64,000 bases of DNA from Octopus sinensis (taxonomy: Eukaryota). The position numbers and the translations under genes are program-made. The stretch covers positions 83,514,001-83,578,000 of the forward strand of contig NC_043002.1 in NCBI RefSeq assembly GCF_006345805.1. Direction: 5' to 3'. The notes below the pieces were generated by a model, which had not been told where the DNA came from, searched no databases, and worked only from the letters and a program-made list of their open reading frames with translations. This document shows, in pieces, positions 1 through 13,667 of this stretch. The first letter of the stretch is position 1, and each line of letters starts with the position of its first letter.

Positions 1-88
1 TCTATGCCAGTATGGAAAATAAACGTTAAAGGATGATTATTATTATTATTATTATTATTATTATTTAAATTTTTTCCTAGGTCTAGAG

Positions 89-324
89 CAGTGATTCTCA
101 AACAGGGTCCATATAAGATTTTGTTGTTAAAGCTTGTGCACAATAAATTGGTTATACTTCTACAATACACAAAATATTTTAATAATTTTTAAAAATACAA
201 TTCTTAATGGTATTTAATTATAAAAATATAATAGGATTTTGTAAACATCAAATGGCTATGAAAGTCTACCTGAGTAATATAGGAATCTAAGGGCGCACTG
301 GTAAAATATGGTTGAGAACCACTG
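89..324. mobile_element. hAT (Charlie-like) MITE
   Basis: TIRs CAGTGATTCTCAA / TTGAGAACCACTG; 8-bp TSD gtctagag/atctagag. Confidence 0.85.
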
Positions 325-1304
325 ATCTAGAGGGAAGGGCAATACTCATGGTTTTGAAGGCCCTCAGAGACTGGGTAAGAGGAAAGTGTGAGTGTAGTGG
401 TTAGTGCTGGGTCATAGGTAGTGGTGGACATAATAAAGGTGACAAGAGGTCGAGAGACAAATAGGTCAGAAGTGACTGTGTGGAGAAGGTACAAGACGAC
501 TTTGAGGTATAGAGGCCATTGTAGCAACATAGTAGTAGTTGAAAAAGGGAGAGAGAAGACAAAGCTCAACTGTGTTTCAGAGCCTGGGGAATGTCTGTGA
601 GTGTTTTGTTTAGATTTTGATCAAATGAATTCAGTTTAACCATTTGGATTTATAACACCTGGAAACTAATTATTAGCATTGGTTAAGGTGAGTTAATACT
701 TTTGTTATGGTTATCAATAAATTATGTAGGAGCGTATACTATTGAGGTTGAAGTACATTATTCATTTTCTTAGTTTAGGCAGTAGAACAAGAACAATGCT
801 CATGATCCTATTCAGAGTTTAGTTGGTGGATAGAAGGATGTTATACTCAATCTAGAGACCTGGTTGAATGCTTCTAATATAGAATGGTATTCATCTAAGA
901 GGAGTCTGGTGATTGACAATGTGTGCCCCATTTTAATAAAATTATTTTAGGTTCTCTTAATAGTTCACATTTTACCTTGCTTTGCAATCAACAGATCTCA
1001 GTTGTTAGCTAAAGAAGCCCCTAGGAAAGCATTTCTAATTTAAACTTATGCTTCCTGGAGCTGGTCAATGTAATATTTTAGGGCTTCTGTAGTTCACAAT
1101 AATTTTAGATATAATATTTTTCAAGTAAAATCTCTTAAAATTAGGAGGATGTTCTATGCATTAGGGCAAATCCAAAACTGAGGATGAAATACCTTCCAAT
1201 AATTCTCTGTTAATGATTTCTTTATAAATGATAGATAAAAATAATCTCCTGCTCCTTTGATTAAATAAAAGCAGTATTCTAAACTGAATATAACAAATAT
1301 TTAA

Positions 1305-1500
1305 CCTTTTAGCATTTAATTTGGCCATATCTGGTCCAAATATTCTACCTGTTTTATGTTTAAACTGACCTGATCCAACCTCTCACACTTATCCTACAAT
1401 GTCATTCTAAAAATATACAAGTACACCATTAAAATCTTGAAGCTACAAAGTAATGTGTGATTAATTCAAAACAATGTGAAGAAATTGAGCACTAAACGGG
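1305..1500 (-). mobile_element. piggyBac-like MITE (family 2)
   Basis: TTAA flanks; reverse-complement similarity to 13281-13499. Confidence 0.7.
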
Positions 1501-1920
1501 TTAAAGACTGTAATATCATTTCATAAAACCTTGAATTAATATTATCGCATCTTACTACTTTGAAATGTCTGTCAGTGAGTTTTAAATACAGATATTTTTT
1601 TTAAAAAATAATAGTGAAATAATAATTGGATTATCCTGGTTTGTAATTTCACTTTGAATCAGAAAATTGGCTGGATTTGGAAAACAATTTTCATTAATTT
1701 TTTATTATTAACTTTTCATTAATTAATATTTTAAACAGAAAATCATGCATTTAGAGAAAACCCAAAACAATGTATATATTCCAAAAATAGCTCTCTCTCT
1801 CTCTCATACACACACACACACACATACTATAATTACTTATTATAAGTTGTACCCTGGTGTTTTCCAATTTAAATCACGTATAAAATAGTGTGACTTAAAT
1901 ATGTGAAATATGGTATATGG

Positions 1921-2218
1921 GGTGGCTGTGCATTAAGAACCTTGGTTCCCAACCCCATGGTTCTGGGTTCAGTCCCACTGCGTGGCACTTTGGGCAAGTT
2001 TCTTATGAGTGGATTTGGTAGATGGAAACTGAAAGAAGCTTGTCATGTATGTATGTATTGGTGTGTTTACATCCCCATAACTTGGCAGTTTGGCAAAAGA
2101 GACCAATAAAATAAGTACTAGGCTTACGAAAGAATAAGTCCTGGGGTCGATTTGTTTGACTAAAGGTGGTGCTCCAGCATGGCCGCAGTCAAATGACTGA
2201 AATAAGTAAAAGAATAAA
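1921..2218 (+). mobile_element. SINE family A (degenerate)
   Basis: Head and tail motifs of family A with deletions. Confidence 0.75.
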
Positions 2219-2726
2219 ATATATTTTTACTTCCTTTTATATTACCATTGAAATATTTTTCATTATTTGTTAGTCAATTCTGGTTATTATTTTGAATTAT
2301 TTTCAGACCAGTATGAGATTAAATCATAATGATGGAAATAGTGTTTAAATGTCTATGAAACTAAAGGGGTATTGCTTTAATAATCTAGGTGGCTACAAGG
2401 GAGTAGGGGGAAAACTCTGAAGCCAACATTTTAATACCTCCAGAATAAAACAACTATGTCAGAAAAGCACCAGATCATCTGTTTGATGAGTCATTTTTCT
2501 CAAAGTAATAAGTCTATAATCGACCATAATAATTAGCATCTAGTGCGTCTAAGGTCACAGTTTACACTCTTACCATTGACCATGAAATCAGCAACATTCC
2601 TTAATGGATAGCCAGTGATCAGCTCTAGGTGCACGAGCAGCTGTGTGTTTGTGTGTGTGTTTCTATGTGTGTCTGTGTGTGCGTGATGAGGACTAATAGT
2701 GGCAGTGGTTCATAGGCCACCATTAA

Positions 2727-2947
2727 CCCTTTCATTACCATATTTATTTTGAGGTGCTCTGTGTTTCTTTCAATTATTTAAAATATAATAATGAATTTAG
2801 TAAAATAACTTAGTTATCATTAAGCTAGTGTTAGGAACATAAATTGTGACAAAGGTTTGGTGGCAGATTTTAATTCAGAACTTTTGAAAACAAGACATTT
2901 GTACTACAGAATCAGAGGCAGTTTCAGGCAGGTTGGTATCGAAAGGG
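2727..2947 (+). mobile_element. piggyBac-like MITE (family 1)
   Basis: TTAA|CCCTTTC...GAAAGGG|TTAA. Confidence 0.82.
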
Positions 2948-3261
2948 TTAAGTTTTACAAATAACCGATTGACCATTTCATGTCAAATGTAGTGGAAGAA
3001 AGATAGGTGCTCCAGTTGCTTTTGAGAAGTGCCTGTAGAGGTCGCTGTGCTTAATAGAACGAACCTATGGTGTACTGAACAAAGTCCAACAGGAATAAGG
3101 ACCTGATAATTTCAAACAACTTTGTTAAACTGTATCTCATTTTAAAATTCTTTTGCCACTGATGTTTGGAGGGTGTAACCAGATGAGTTAATGTAGGAGT
3201 TTTATCTTCTTTATCATCTTCAGCCCATTTAAAATAAAAGTTCCATATTCTCTCTGTCTCT

Positions 3262-3400
3262 TACACACACACTCATGCACACATACATATGTGTATATAT
3301 GTATGTATATAAGTATATGTATTATATATATATATATATATATATATGGAGAGAAAAATTACACACGCACATACATGTATATGTATGTATTATATATATA

Positions 3401-3444
<44 letters not shown>

Positions 3445-3728
3445 ATATATTTATATGTATGTGTATATATATATATATATGTATATATATATTTATATGT
3501 AATTTGTATATATATATATATATATGTATATAGTTATGTATATGTATGTATTGTGTGTGTGTGTATATATATATATATATGTATATAGTTATGCATATGT
3601 ATGTATTGTGTGTGTATATATATATATATAATATGTATTGTGCATATATATATATGTATGTATTGTGTATATATGTATATAAGTATGTGTATGTGTGTGT
3701 ATATATATAATTATATATATATATATAT
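3262..3728. repeat. Compound (TA)n/(TG)n microsatellite
   Basis: About 460 bp of nearly pure alternating purine-pyrimidine; source of several spurious ORFs. Confidence 0.95.
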
Positions 3729-4437
3729 CCCCAGAAAAAAATCGCACATACAGATCCAAATTGTTTTTGGATTATATTTGTCAATATTTCTTAATTTCCA
3801 TGTGTAGATTGCAGATTTAATCTTTGGAATAATATCTAAATTAATTGTATATATACTATTCTCAATAAAAGAAAATTATAGGTAAAACTTTAATTTCATT
3901 TCATGTTGGTTTAAAGGAAAACATTAATTCATACTAAATAATTTAGTTTTATGAACTAAATAAAAATACTCAATTTGAAAAAAATAAATATCTGTGAGGC
4001 ATTCATTTGATGATACTGAAAGTAGAACCTGTGCCCCAGATTTTTCTCTTGTCTAATAGATAATAATAACTAGGTGTATTTTAGTTAAAATTTTTTATGA
4101 TACTTATTATACTGTTCCATCTTGTCTGGGGAAATAGATTCCTAGTTTGGTTTGCTTTTAAAGACAACTCGGAACTCTGCATTCCTTATCCTTTTGATGT
4201 TGTTGCTTTTACTACTGTTGCTGTTGATAGTGTTGTGTGCCAATCAACCATAGCTGAACTCCCCCCCCTCTCTCACTCTCTCCTCTCACACACACACACG
4301 CGCATATAGAGAGAGTGAAGAGAAGAGAAACGGTGTATTTTCTCAACTCTTGTTTTGCACTATCACTGTCTACTGTATTGCACGCAAGTCACTAAAATCA
4401 TATACCACAGTATCCTCTCACAAATGCTTGCTCTCTT

Positions 4438-4499
<62 letters not shown>

Positions 4500-4524
4500 C
4501 TATCAATCTCTCTTTCTCTGAGAA

Positions 4525-4537
4525 ATGAGAAACAAGT
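4525..4537 (+). CDS. Candidate alternative first coding exon end (MRNK + T, phase 1)
   Basis: agaaATGAGAAACAAGT|gtaagt: A at -3 and a consensus donor. T + TG of exon 19776 restores the conserved Leu (LYQLQ). Lies in a TE-poor region. No homology support. Confidence 0.3.
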
Positions 4538-5212
4538 GTAAGTCGTCGTCGCTCTTGCAGTGAGAGATTTGATAAAATTATAACAGTCCAGCTGAAGCGA
4601 TACCAGATCAGCTTCACTTAAAATGACATCAATGGAATTGACGGATAGTTGTTGACATTCTGCGCTATTATTCTTTCATTTTACTCTCTCTCTCTCTCTT
4701 TCTCTATCCTCCCCACCACACACACACACACACACACTCTTCTCTCCTTCCCACCTTCCACACACACATACACACACAACACATACCATCCTCCACTCCT
4801 CACGCATTCTGCAATTCATACAGTGGTCAATATTTTATTTTCTTTGGTTGTTGCAGCAGGCTATCTCACTGCAGTAGCAGTACACACCACCACAACAACA
4901 ACAACAACAACAATAACTGTAGCTGTAGCAGTAACAACAACAACAGCACCAGCAACAGCAGCAACCACTCTCGGTACTCCTCCCGCTGCTGCTGCTGTAT
5001 AGTGGCAGCAGCAGAAGTGTAGCAGTGGCTTTGATATTTCTTCCTCAATAAAAACCTAGTAACTGTAGTTATCCCTTTCCTGTTGGGTTTCAATTTGCTA
5101 CTGCATTATACTTAGTGACCTAGTGAGAACACAGTTCTGCTAGTGGAAATGCGGAAATACTGAAAATAACGCTCTGTCACTGGACAACAATGTTTAGCCT
5201 TGACATTTCCAC

Positions 5213-5258
5213 ATTATTATTATCATTATTATTATCATTATTATTATCATCATCATCA

Positions 5259-5295
<37 letters not shown>

Positions 5296-5345
5296 CATCA
5301 TCATTATTATTATTATCATCACCACCACAATCACCACCATCATTA
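5213..5345. repeat. (TAT)n/(CAT)n trinucleotide microsatellite
   Basis: Direct reading. Confidence 0.9.
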
Positions 5346-6561
5346 TGAGCATTTTATTTTGCCCTCTTCCCCCCCACCTCCATCCCTTTCGATCTCACCT
5401 CTTCCTCCTTTTTTCTTCCTCCTCCTCCTCCTCCACCTCCACCACCTTCTTCTTCTTTCAACTGTGGAATCATAGGAATTTGATTGACAAAGCGACAGAG
5501 TGAAGAATGCAACATAATTCCTCTTGAACTATGTCTGTCAGCAATACATTCTGGAATTTCTTGGAGAGAGAGAAAGGGGGAGGGAGGGGAGAGAATATTG
5601 TTTTTGTTTTATTTATTTATTTATTTGTTTGATATATTTGTAGTTGGCACTGCACTCAATGATGCTTTTACAGGATATCTTTGATGAAAATAACAACAAT
5701 AACAAAACCAATCTGTGAATAAATGATTAATATTGTGATTGTTGGTGTTGTTGTTGACATTCTGGTTATTATCATCACCATCTTTATTGTTATTATTAGA
5801 ATATAAATAATGATGCATTTTATTTTATATAGGCCCTTTTTTTTCGTTCACACTTAATTAGAGTCTAGTAATTAAATATTTTTAATAGGTCTAATTTTTA
5901 GGACTATTATATATATATGTGTGTGTGTGTGTGTATATATTTGAAAATATATTTTTGAAGATTAAAATCCTTAACATGTTTACCATTTTTTTCTGATGTC
6001 ATATTTTTAGAATTATTTCTTTATTATTTTGGTAGCCTATTTTTTCTCACCTCACTCCACCCCCACTAAACTTTTTTTTTTTTTACTATCACATTGCTAA
6101 AAAAAAAATTTTTATAAAAATATACATAATTATTATTCCCTGCTGTTCAATGACTAAAATAACTAAAGGCATTTTTCATTTCAAATGGTATTTTATCGTT
6201 TTACTCTGGATACTACTAAGATCTTGTTTTGGAAGAGAAATCCTTACTTCCTTGTTTTCACTGTCAAGGTCAATTTGCTAGGAGAGCGGAATAATTATAC
6301 TAGCTGTAGTGGGCTTTTACGTTTGTTCAGTCAAAGCAAATATCTATAAATATGGAAACCCTTTTTCTTGACATTATTGTTTTGTTACTACCATTGATAT
6401 CATTATTATTATTATTATTATTGTTGTTGTTATAATTATTATTATTATTGTGTGTGTGCAGGTGTGTGGTTCTTTGGGGTTTTTTAAAAATTAATTCAGC
6501 AACTCCAGGAATTTCTTTTCACAGAAAATCCTCTGCCACATATAGTCAGACAATTGGAGTT

Positions 6562-6642
<81 letters not shown>

Positions 6643-7698
6643 CATTTCATTAAATGTATTAGTAGAAAAGAAGGGTATTTGGTTGGTTGGAGATGGAGAA
6701 CCAAACCCCCCCCCCACCTTTAGTAAACACATATTAGTAGTTCCCTATTATGACCATTTTCTAATGAACGCTATTAAATAAATAAATAAATAAAAAGAAA
6801 AGACAAACCTTTAGCCAACTTGCTCTTCATCTTATAGTATTTATTGGCTCATTGCATCCATTTTTCTGCCACAGAAATAATTAATATTCTCTAATTATAA
6901 AGGAAATAAGAATAGTGTTTTGCAGTCAAAATACTCTGTTCATGAGACAATCATAGATAGTGTAGATTTTTTTTTTCTTTGCTCAATTAGAGCTAATTTC
7001 TGTTTAGGCGTCCCCATTATCAACTCAAATTTTGCGTTTTCCAATAAATCTCTGCTATTGATAAATTGTATATCATTGATTACACACAGTTTTTTTTTCA
7101 CTCGCCTTATGAAATGAAATATAATCTGATAGAAAACTATATTTTCTTCTCATAAGACAGTTTGACATTTTTACTCCACACCTCATATTCTTCTTCAATT
7201 CTTCCAGTAAAATCTACTTCTCTAAAAATTAAGCGTTGGTTTACTTTGAACTATTTTGCCTTTGTATTTTCATTTGTTTTATGTAAAACAGATGGAAGTC
7301 ATTTTTTATTTTTATTTAAATCGAAATGCCCTGAAAAATCCTTTTATTAGATTTTGTTAAACTATGAAATGAAATTTTATTTGAAAATGCTATACAATAA
7401 TGAAATAATTTGACATATTTCTAATAGATTAGTATTTGGTGTTTGTATGAAAATATACCGGAACCTCCAGTTATACTACAGCATTCTATGAATTTAGTAC
7501 AACCTTATTTTATTTGTTTATTTTTCATTTATTTATTTACTTCGTTTGTTTAATCTTGGAGAAGAGACTGTGTCAGGGAATAGTCCTTTCCTCCAAATTA
7601 AACCAGTGGATAAATGGTACCTCTGAGACAGGTGAGATCGGCACAGTTTATGTTGGTAGCTGCAGTCAAAATAGGTGGAGGAAAGGAATTCCAGAGGG

Positions 7699-7732
7699 AT
7701 GATGTTCTGTGTGTGTGGAAGGACTAAAAGCA
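7699..7732 (+). CDS. Second candidate alternative first coding exon end (MMFCVCGRTKS + A, phase 1)
   Basis: ATGATG...AGCA|gtaagt with an in-frame upstream stop at 7672; phase compatible with exon 19776. No homology support. Confidence 0.22.
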
Positions 7733-9061
7733 GTAAGTGGTTAGTGCTAGATGGTGTGGGAGTGGTATGATGTGATATGGATAACAAGAGTAAAATAAAA
7801 ACAAGTGAGTCAGGAGCGCCTGAGTTGCGGGGTGGGGGTGGAGGTACACGAGCTGAACCAGAAAGAACAGAGGTCACTGTACTAACAGTAGGTTTAAAAA
7901 AGAAAAAAAAAAGAGAGGATGCAAGAGAGAGAGAGAGCAGGGAGACTGCATCTGTGCATCAGATACTGGAGTGTGTTGATGAGTGACTTAAAACGTAAGG
8001 GTCACTTACAAGGAGTGTGGATGGGGTGTGAGTGAAAAATCAGTTCTCTTTAAATCATAATTTGGTATACTGAATTGAAAGGCCTAGAACAAAAGTAAAA
8101 TAATTTGCCATGAATTTTTTTTTTTAAAGGATCCAGTTGCTTTGACTGAATGAACCTATAACAAGAGACACTCCAGTTGTGACTATCATGTCTTTTTAGT
8201 GACTTCTTGAACTATATTATGTTATGTCCCCTTACTGTTTCTAGATGGAGGAGTTATGGTTTTAGGGAAATTGAATTTTTTTTTTTTTGGTTTTCTTTTA
8301 AACAGAAAGTTGAGCTACCACATACCGAAAGGCTTTGTTTTGCCTTTGGTTTTCATGCTATTGTAATATGTAATTTGTCATTGGCATTTTCAAACCTGGC
8401 AGAGCCCATCTTTCTTTCTCCATGCTCATTCACAGCCAATTTCTTTCAGGAAGAAAGACAGTTGGACAGACAGAAAGAGTGAGTGAGTGAAAGGGTAGAA
8501 TCAACCCCACTGCAAGCCTAAAAGTATGAAGAGCAAAGTTGACTTAGATATGAACTAAGAGTGCAGGGAGCTGGATTAATTACTACAAAGCAATCTATCT
8601 GACACTGTAATGACCCTGCAAATTGGTTGCTTTATATACAGGATTGGTGGTGATGGAATTTTAATTGTCAAATATGAGGATATTTGGAAAACAAATTTTA
8701 ATCAACTTGTATGATATTATCTAAAAACAAAAATAGAAAAATGTCTGCTTTGTAGTAAAATAAAATAGAAATAAAAGAAAGAAACTGTTAATGCATCATG
8801 TAACAGTTTTATTCTTAAATATGTAATAAGTGGGACATGATTATTGTATGTGTTATGTTAGTATTATATTTCCTGAAACCCATTCCAAATCATCTCTTAT
8901 CATTTTGCTAATACTTCATTCTTTGCTCATCAAGCTTTTGAAATAGTTTAGCTCATTCTCTGACAAGCTTTGTGCAAAACAGTACAGATTGGCCAAATAA
9001 TAAGTTTAGTTCTTTTTTGGGGACAGTGGATATCGAAGTTGAAAAAGCTGTAAATAATGCT

Positions 9062-9276
9062 CTCTTTACTCTCTCACTTGTTTCAGTCATTTGACTGCAG
9101 CCATGCTGGAGCACCGCCTTTAATCGAGCAACTCGATCCCGGGACTTATTCTTTTGTAAGCTCAGTACTTATTCTATCGGTCTCTTTTGCCGAACCGCTA
9201 AGTAACGGGGACATAAACACACCAGCATCAGTTGTCAAGCAATGCCAGGGGGACAAACACAGACACACAAACACAT

Positions 9277-9317
<41 letters not shown>

Positions 9318-9358
9318 TACATATATACGAAGGGCTTCTTTCAGTTTCCGTCTACCAA
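9062..9358 (-). mobile_element. SINE family A (antisense, 5'-truncated)
   Basis: Reverse-complement similarity to the 3' two-thirds of family A. Confidence 0.8.
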
Positions 9359-10984
9359 GAGTTAAAAAGCCTGTTGGATAAAAGAAACCAAAGGCTGTCT
9401 GTGGGACGTTCTGATAAAACATGCATTTTAGCCTAATGTTTACATTGTATTATTTATAGCTTCATCTGCTTCGAGATTCACTGTTCCCCCCAAAAAAGGC
9501 GGGGGGGGGAATTATTTCACATTCTCTTGTGTATAAATTCATATGACATCAACAATAAGTTTAGTATTTTCTGAGTTATCTTATTCAGGTTTGGTGTGGT
9601 GGCAGGTGGAAAAATACAGGAGATAAAGATACGTGGTTGACATTAGAACTATTACTAAAATAGATATTGTCTTTGTGTTTGCTTTAAGTATGTAATGATT
9701 TCTAACTTGCTAATTAGGTGCATGAATGTTGTAATCATTCGTTTTCTGATAATTACGAAACCATGTTGGTTTTGTGGTGTGATACATGAAGTACACATAG
9801 TCAAGTGTAACATTAGAAATACTTCTGTCTAGACTCGGTACTTGATAGAAATACTGACTTCTCACTGACTTCTCACTCAAAATTTTCTCTATAATTTCAT
9901 GAAAACAACATTTAAAATCTTGTAGAAAGTTTGGCCTGAGGTTTCAGCCAACCTGTCAAATGAATTTCAGGAAAAAATAATTCAAAATTTTCTAAAGGTT
10001 GTTAATTGTTAGAAAGTAGCCCAAAATAAAGATGTTGTTAACCCATATATGCACATGTGTGTGTGTGTGTGTACATGTTGATATTCTATATCATAGCATG
10101 AGGAAGCCATTAGTCATGTTAACATTCCATGTTGAGATTATGACCAGTAGCTCTACACTTTCAAAGTCCTCTGGAATAAAATTGTCTTACTTGAAAATAG
10201 GCAAGGGTTGACAGATGGGAATGCCTCTGACCATAAAATCCCACCTTAAAATAACTCCCCATGTAAAAACTCTGCTAGCATGGAAAAAATGAATGTTAAA
10301 TAAATGAACAAACGATTGTTATGTTTACATTTTATCTATTAATTGTTTCAGTCATTGGACTGCAGCCATGTTGGGGCACCAACTTGAAGGGTTCCAGTTG
10401 AACTGATTGACTCCATTACTTATTGTTTTTCTTTTTTTTTTTAAGTCCGGTACTCATTTTGTTGGTCTCTTTTGTCAAACAGTAAAGTTACAGAGACATA
10501 GTTAAGTTAAGTTAATTTTTTGGCTCAAAAAGCAAAAAGCAAGACCAAAGAGTTCAGGCCATAGACAAACCAACACCAGTTATCATGTGGTGCCAGGGAT
10601 AAATAGAAACACATACTTACACATGCACACACACACAGACACACACACACATATATATGAGGTTCTATCAAAAGGTTCCCTGACTAGTTATGTTTAATGA
10701 AAGATAACTTAAGTGCCATGGATCCAGAGTCAGTTTCAAATGTTTTGGTATCAAAAGGGTAAAATAAAAAAAACAGTACATTATTAATGCAATTTAATAA
10801 AACTTGTTAAAAAGACCGGATAGTTATGATCAGAAATTATTTACTCATAGGTCTCTCAATTGCAGTTGACCTGTAGCTCAACAATAATACCATCATATAG
10901 TTGAGCTATTGCAGGACTCTTTGCATGACTGTTGGGACCTACTAGAAATATCAGCCAAATCTCCCAAAAATCCCATCTTAATAC

Positions 10985-11174
10985 CTTACTCTTTTACTTA
11001 TTTCAGTCATTTGACTGTGGCCATGCTGGAGCACCGCCCTTTAGTCGAGGAAATTGACCCCAGGACTTAGTCTTTGTAAGCCTAGTACTTATTATATCGG
11101 TCTCTTTGCCGAACTGCTAAGTTACGGGAACATAAACACACCAGCATCAGTTATCAAGCGATGTTAGAGGGACA

Positions 11175-11209
<35 letters not shown>

Positions 11210-11414
11210 TACATACATATATATATATACACACTCACACATACATACATATATACAATGGGCTTCTTTTAGTTTCCGTCCACCAAATCCACTCACAAGA
11301 CTTTGGTCAGCCTGAGGCTATAGTAGAAGACACTTGCCCAAGGTGCCATGCAGTGGGACTGAACCTGGAGCCATGTGGTTCGTAACCAAGCTACTTACCA
11401 CACAACCACTCCTC
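10985..11414 (-). mobile_element. SINE family A (antisense)
   Basis: Reverse complement of 32901-33288. Confidence 0.83.
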
Positions 11415-11752
11415 CACCTACTTTATATAAAGGTTTTTAATTTTGGCAGCAATTTTGGGGTGGAGAATAAGTCAGTTACATCGACCCTAGTGATCAATTG
11501 GTACTTATTTTATCAACCCCAAAAGGATGACAGGCAAAGTCAACCATAACAGAATTTGAGCTTCAGAATATAAAGATAGATGAAATGCCGCTGAGCATTT
11601 TGCCAGGCATGCTAACAATTCTGCCAGATCACCACCTTATATGCTTTACATCAAGACAGGACAGTTACATAATGTACTTTTACATACCCCATAATTAAAA
11701 GACAGATCAGGCATGGTTGGAGTGTCTTTGCACATAGGCTTGTCCAGTGTGA

Positions 11753-12264
11753 GTTGATCCAGTGCTCAGCAAAAACATCCTCCTTATGGAACCTATTTAA
11801 AGCTTGATGGACTGAGCCATTGTCAGTTGATCCAGGGCTCAGCAAAAACAACCTCCTTATGGCACCTATTTAAAGCTTGATGGACTGAGCCATTGACAGT
11901 TGATCCAGGGCTCAGCAAAAACAGCCTCCTTATGGAACCTATTTAAAGCTCGGTGGACTGAGCCATTGACAGTTGATCCAGGGTTCAGCAAAAACAGCCT
12001 CCTTATGGAACCTATTTAAAGCTTGATGGACTGAGCCATTGACAGTTGATCCAGGGCTCAGCAAAAACAGCCTCCTTATGGAACCTATTTAAAGCTTGAT
12101 AAACTGAGCCATTGACAGTTGATCCAGGGCTCAGCAAAAACAGCCTCCTTATGGAACCTATTTAAATCTTGATAAACTGAGCCATTGACAGTTGATCCAG
12201 GGCTCAGCAAAAACAGCCTTCTTCATGGAACCTATTTAAAGCTTGATGGACTGAGCCATTGACA
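11753..12264. repeat. Minisatellite, 7 x 73-bp units
   Basis: Unit GTTGATCCAGGGCTCAGCAAAAACAGCCTCCTTATGGAACCTATTTAAAGCTTGATGGACTGAGCCATTGACA starting at 11753, 11826, 11899, 11972, 12045, 12118 and 12191. Confidence 0.95.
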
Positions 12265-12676
12265 GATGTCTGGATCATGGACATAACATCATGGTATAAA
12301 CTACCAACCAATTTTTTGTCTGGCTATCATCAGGAATCCATCAACTCTGTTATTGTGCTCTTTTATAAGTAGATATTATTTGCAATGCAACAGCTGCATC
12401 TATTGAAACACTTGCATTGATACAAGCTTCTTCGCTAAATTAATGGTGATCAACAACTGTTTTTTTTTTTAAATACACAGAAGTGGCTATGTGGTAAGTA
12501 GCTTGCTTATCAACCATATGGTTCCAGGTTCAGTCCCACTGCATGGCACTTTGGGCAAGTGTCATCTACTTTAGCTTCAGGCTGACCAAAGCCTTGTGAG
12601 TGGATTTGGTAGACGGAAACTGAAAGACGCCTGTTGTATATATGTGTATATATGTATGTATATATATCCAAGTAAA

Positions 12677-12968
12677 TGACCGACCAGGCTATCAGATGTT
12701 GCTACACATCGCTGGTCACAATGCGCTTTGCATTGTTTTAGCCTTCAAGTGACGCCACCCTGCTGGCTAAGCGAACAGGCCAACAGAAGAAAGAGTGAGA
12801 GAAAGAGTGGTGAAAGAGTACAGCAAGGATCACCACCCCCTGCCGGAGCCTCGTGGAGCTTCTAGGTGTTTTCGCTCAATAAACACACACAACGCCCGGT
12901 CTGGGAATCGAAACCGTGATCCTACGACCGCGAGTCCGCTGCCCTAACCACTGGGCCATTGCTCCTCC
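12677..12968 (-). mobile_element. SINE family C (antisense)
   Basis: Reverse complement of 50938-51213; A-box TGGCCCAGTGG, B-box GTTTCGATTCC. Confidence 0.8.
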
Positions 12969-12970
12969 AC

Positions 12971-13006
<36 letters not shown>

Positions 13007-13224
13007 GGGGGGGAGTTGAGCACCTTCATATTTCATCACCAAATTCAAGCCATGAATTTTCCTGATTTTGTATATCTGAGACCACAATATCGTGTTGAAA
13101 TCTGAAGTAGACAAGATTACAAGGCACTCCCTCATTGACACACATTTTGCTGGGTAAAGTTGTTTCATTTTGTCTTGGTTTAAATACAGCCGAAGGAGCA
13201 AATTGAAAACATAAAGTGTTTTAA

Positions 13225-13667
13225 CCCTTTTGTTACTGTATTTATTTAGAGATGCTCTGTGTTTCTTTCAATTACTTTAACCCTTTAGTGTTCTGATTAT
13301 TCTATCAAACATAATGCTTATTGATTCACATTGATTTGAATTAATCATGCATTATCTCATATCTTCAAGATCTTGATGGTGTAATTACTTAATGTAGAAT
13401 AATATTGTAGGGTAGGTCTGAGAGGCTGGATTTGGTCAGTTTGAACATAAAACAGATTAAATATTTTGGCCGGATATGGCCGGTTTAAATACTAAAGGGT
13501 TAAATATAACAAAGAATTTAGTAAAATAACTTAGTTATCATTCAGCTAGTGTTAGGAACATAAATTGTGACTCAGGTTTGGTGGAAGATTTTAATTCAAA
13601 ACTTATGAAAACAAGACTTTTGTACTCAGAGCCAGAGCCGGTTTTAGCCGGGTTGGTAATGTAAGGG
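13225..13667 (+). mobile_element. piggyBac-like MITE (family 1) with a family-2 MITE nested at 13281-13499
   Basis: Outer and inner elements are both bounded by TTAA|CCC...GGG|TTAA. Removing the inner element restores the 2727-2947 sequence. Confidence 0.85.

Noticed and set aside
3275-5475. ORFs rich in YI, H/Y, T/A or L repeats
   Set aside because: They are translations of TA, CAT, CAA and CT microsatellites with no domain or splice support.
7290-7310. TGGAAGTCA (WKS) as the missing PPVWKSY exon
   Set aside because: No matching flanking residues and no downstream GT donor.
11753-12264. CRISPR array or tRNA array
   Set aside because: Units are contiguous and near-identical with no unique spacers, there are no cas genes, the context is eukaryotic, and no tRNA cloverleaf or B-box is present.
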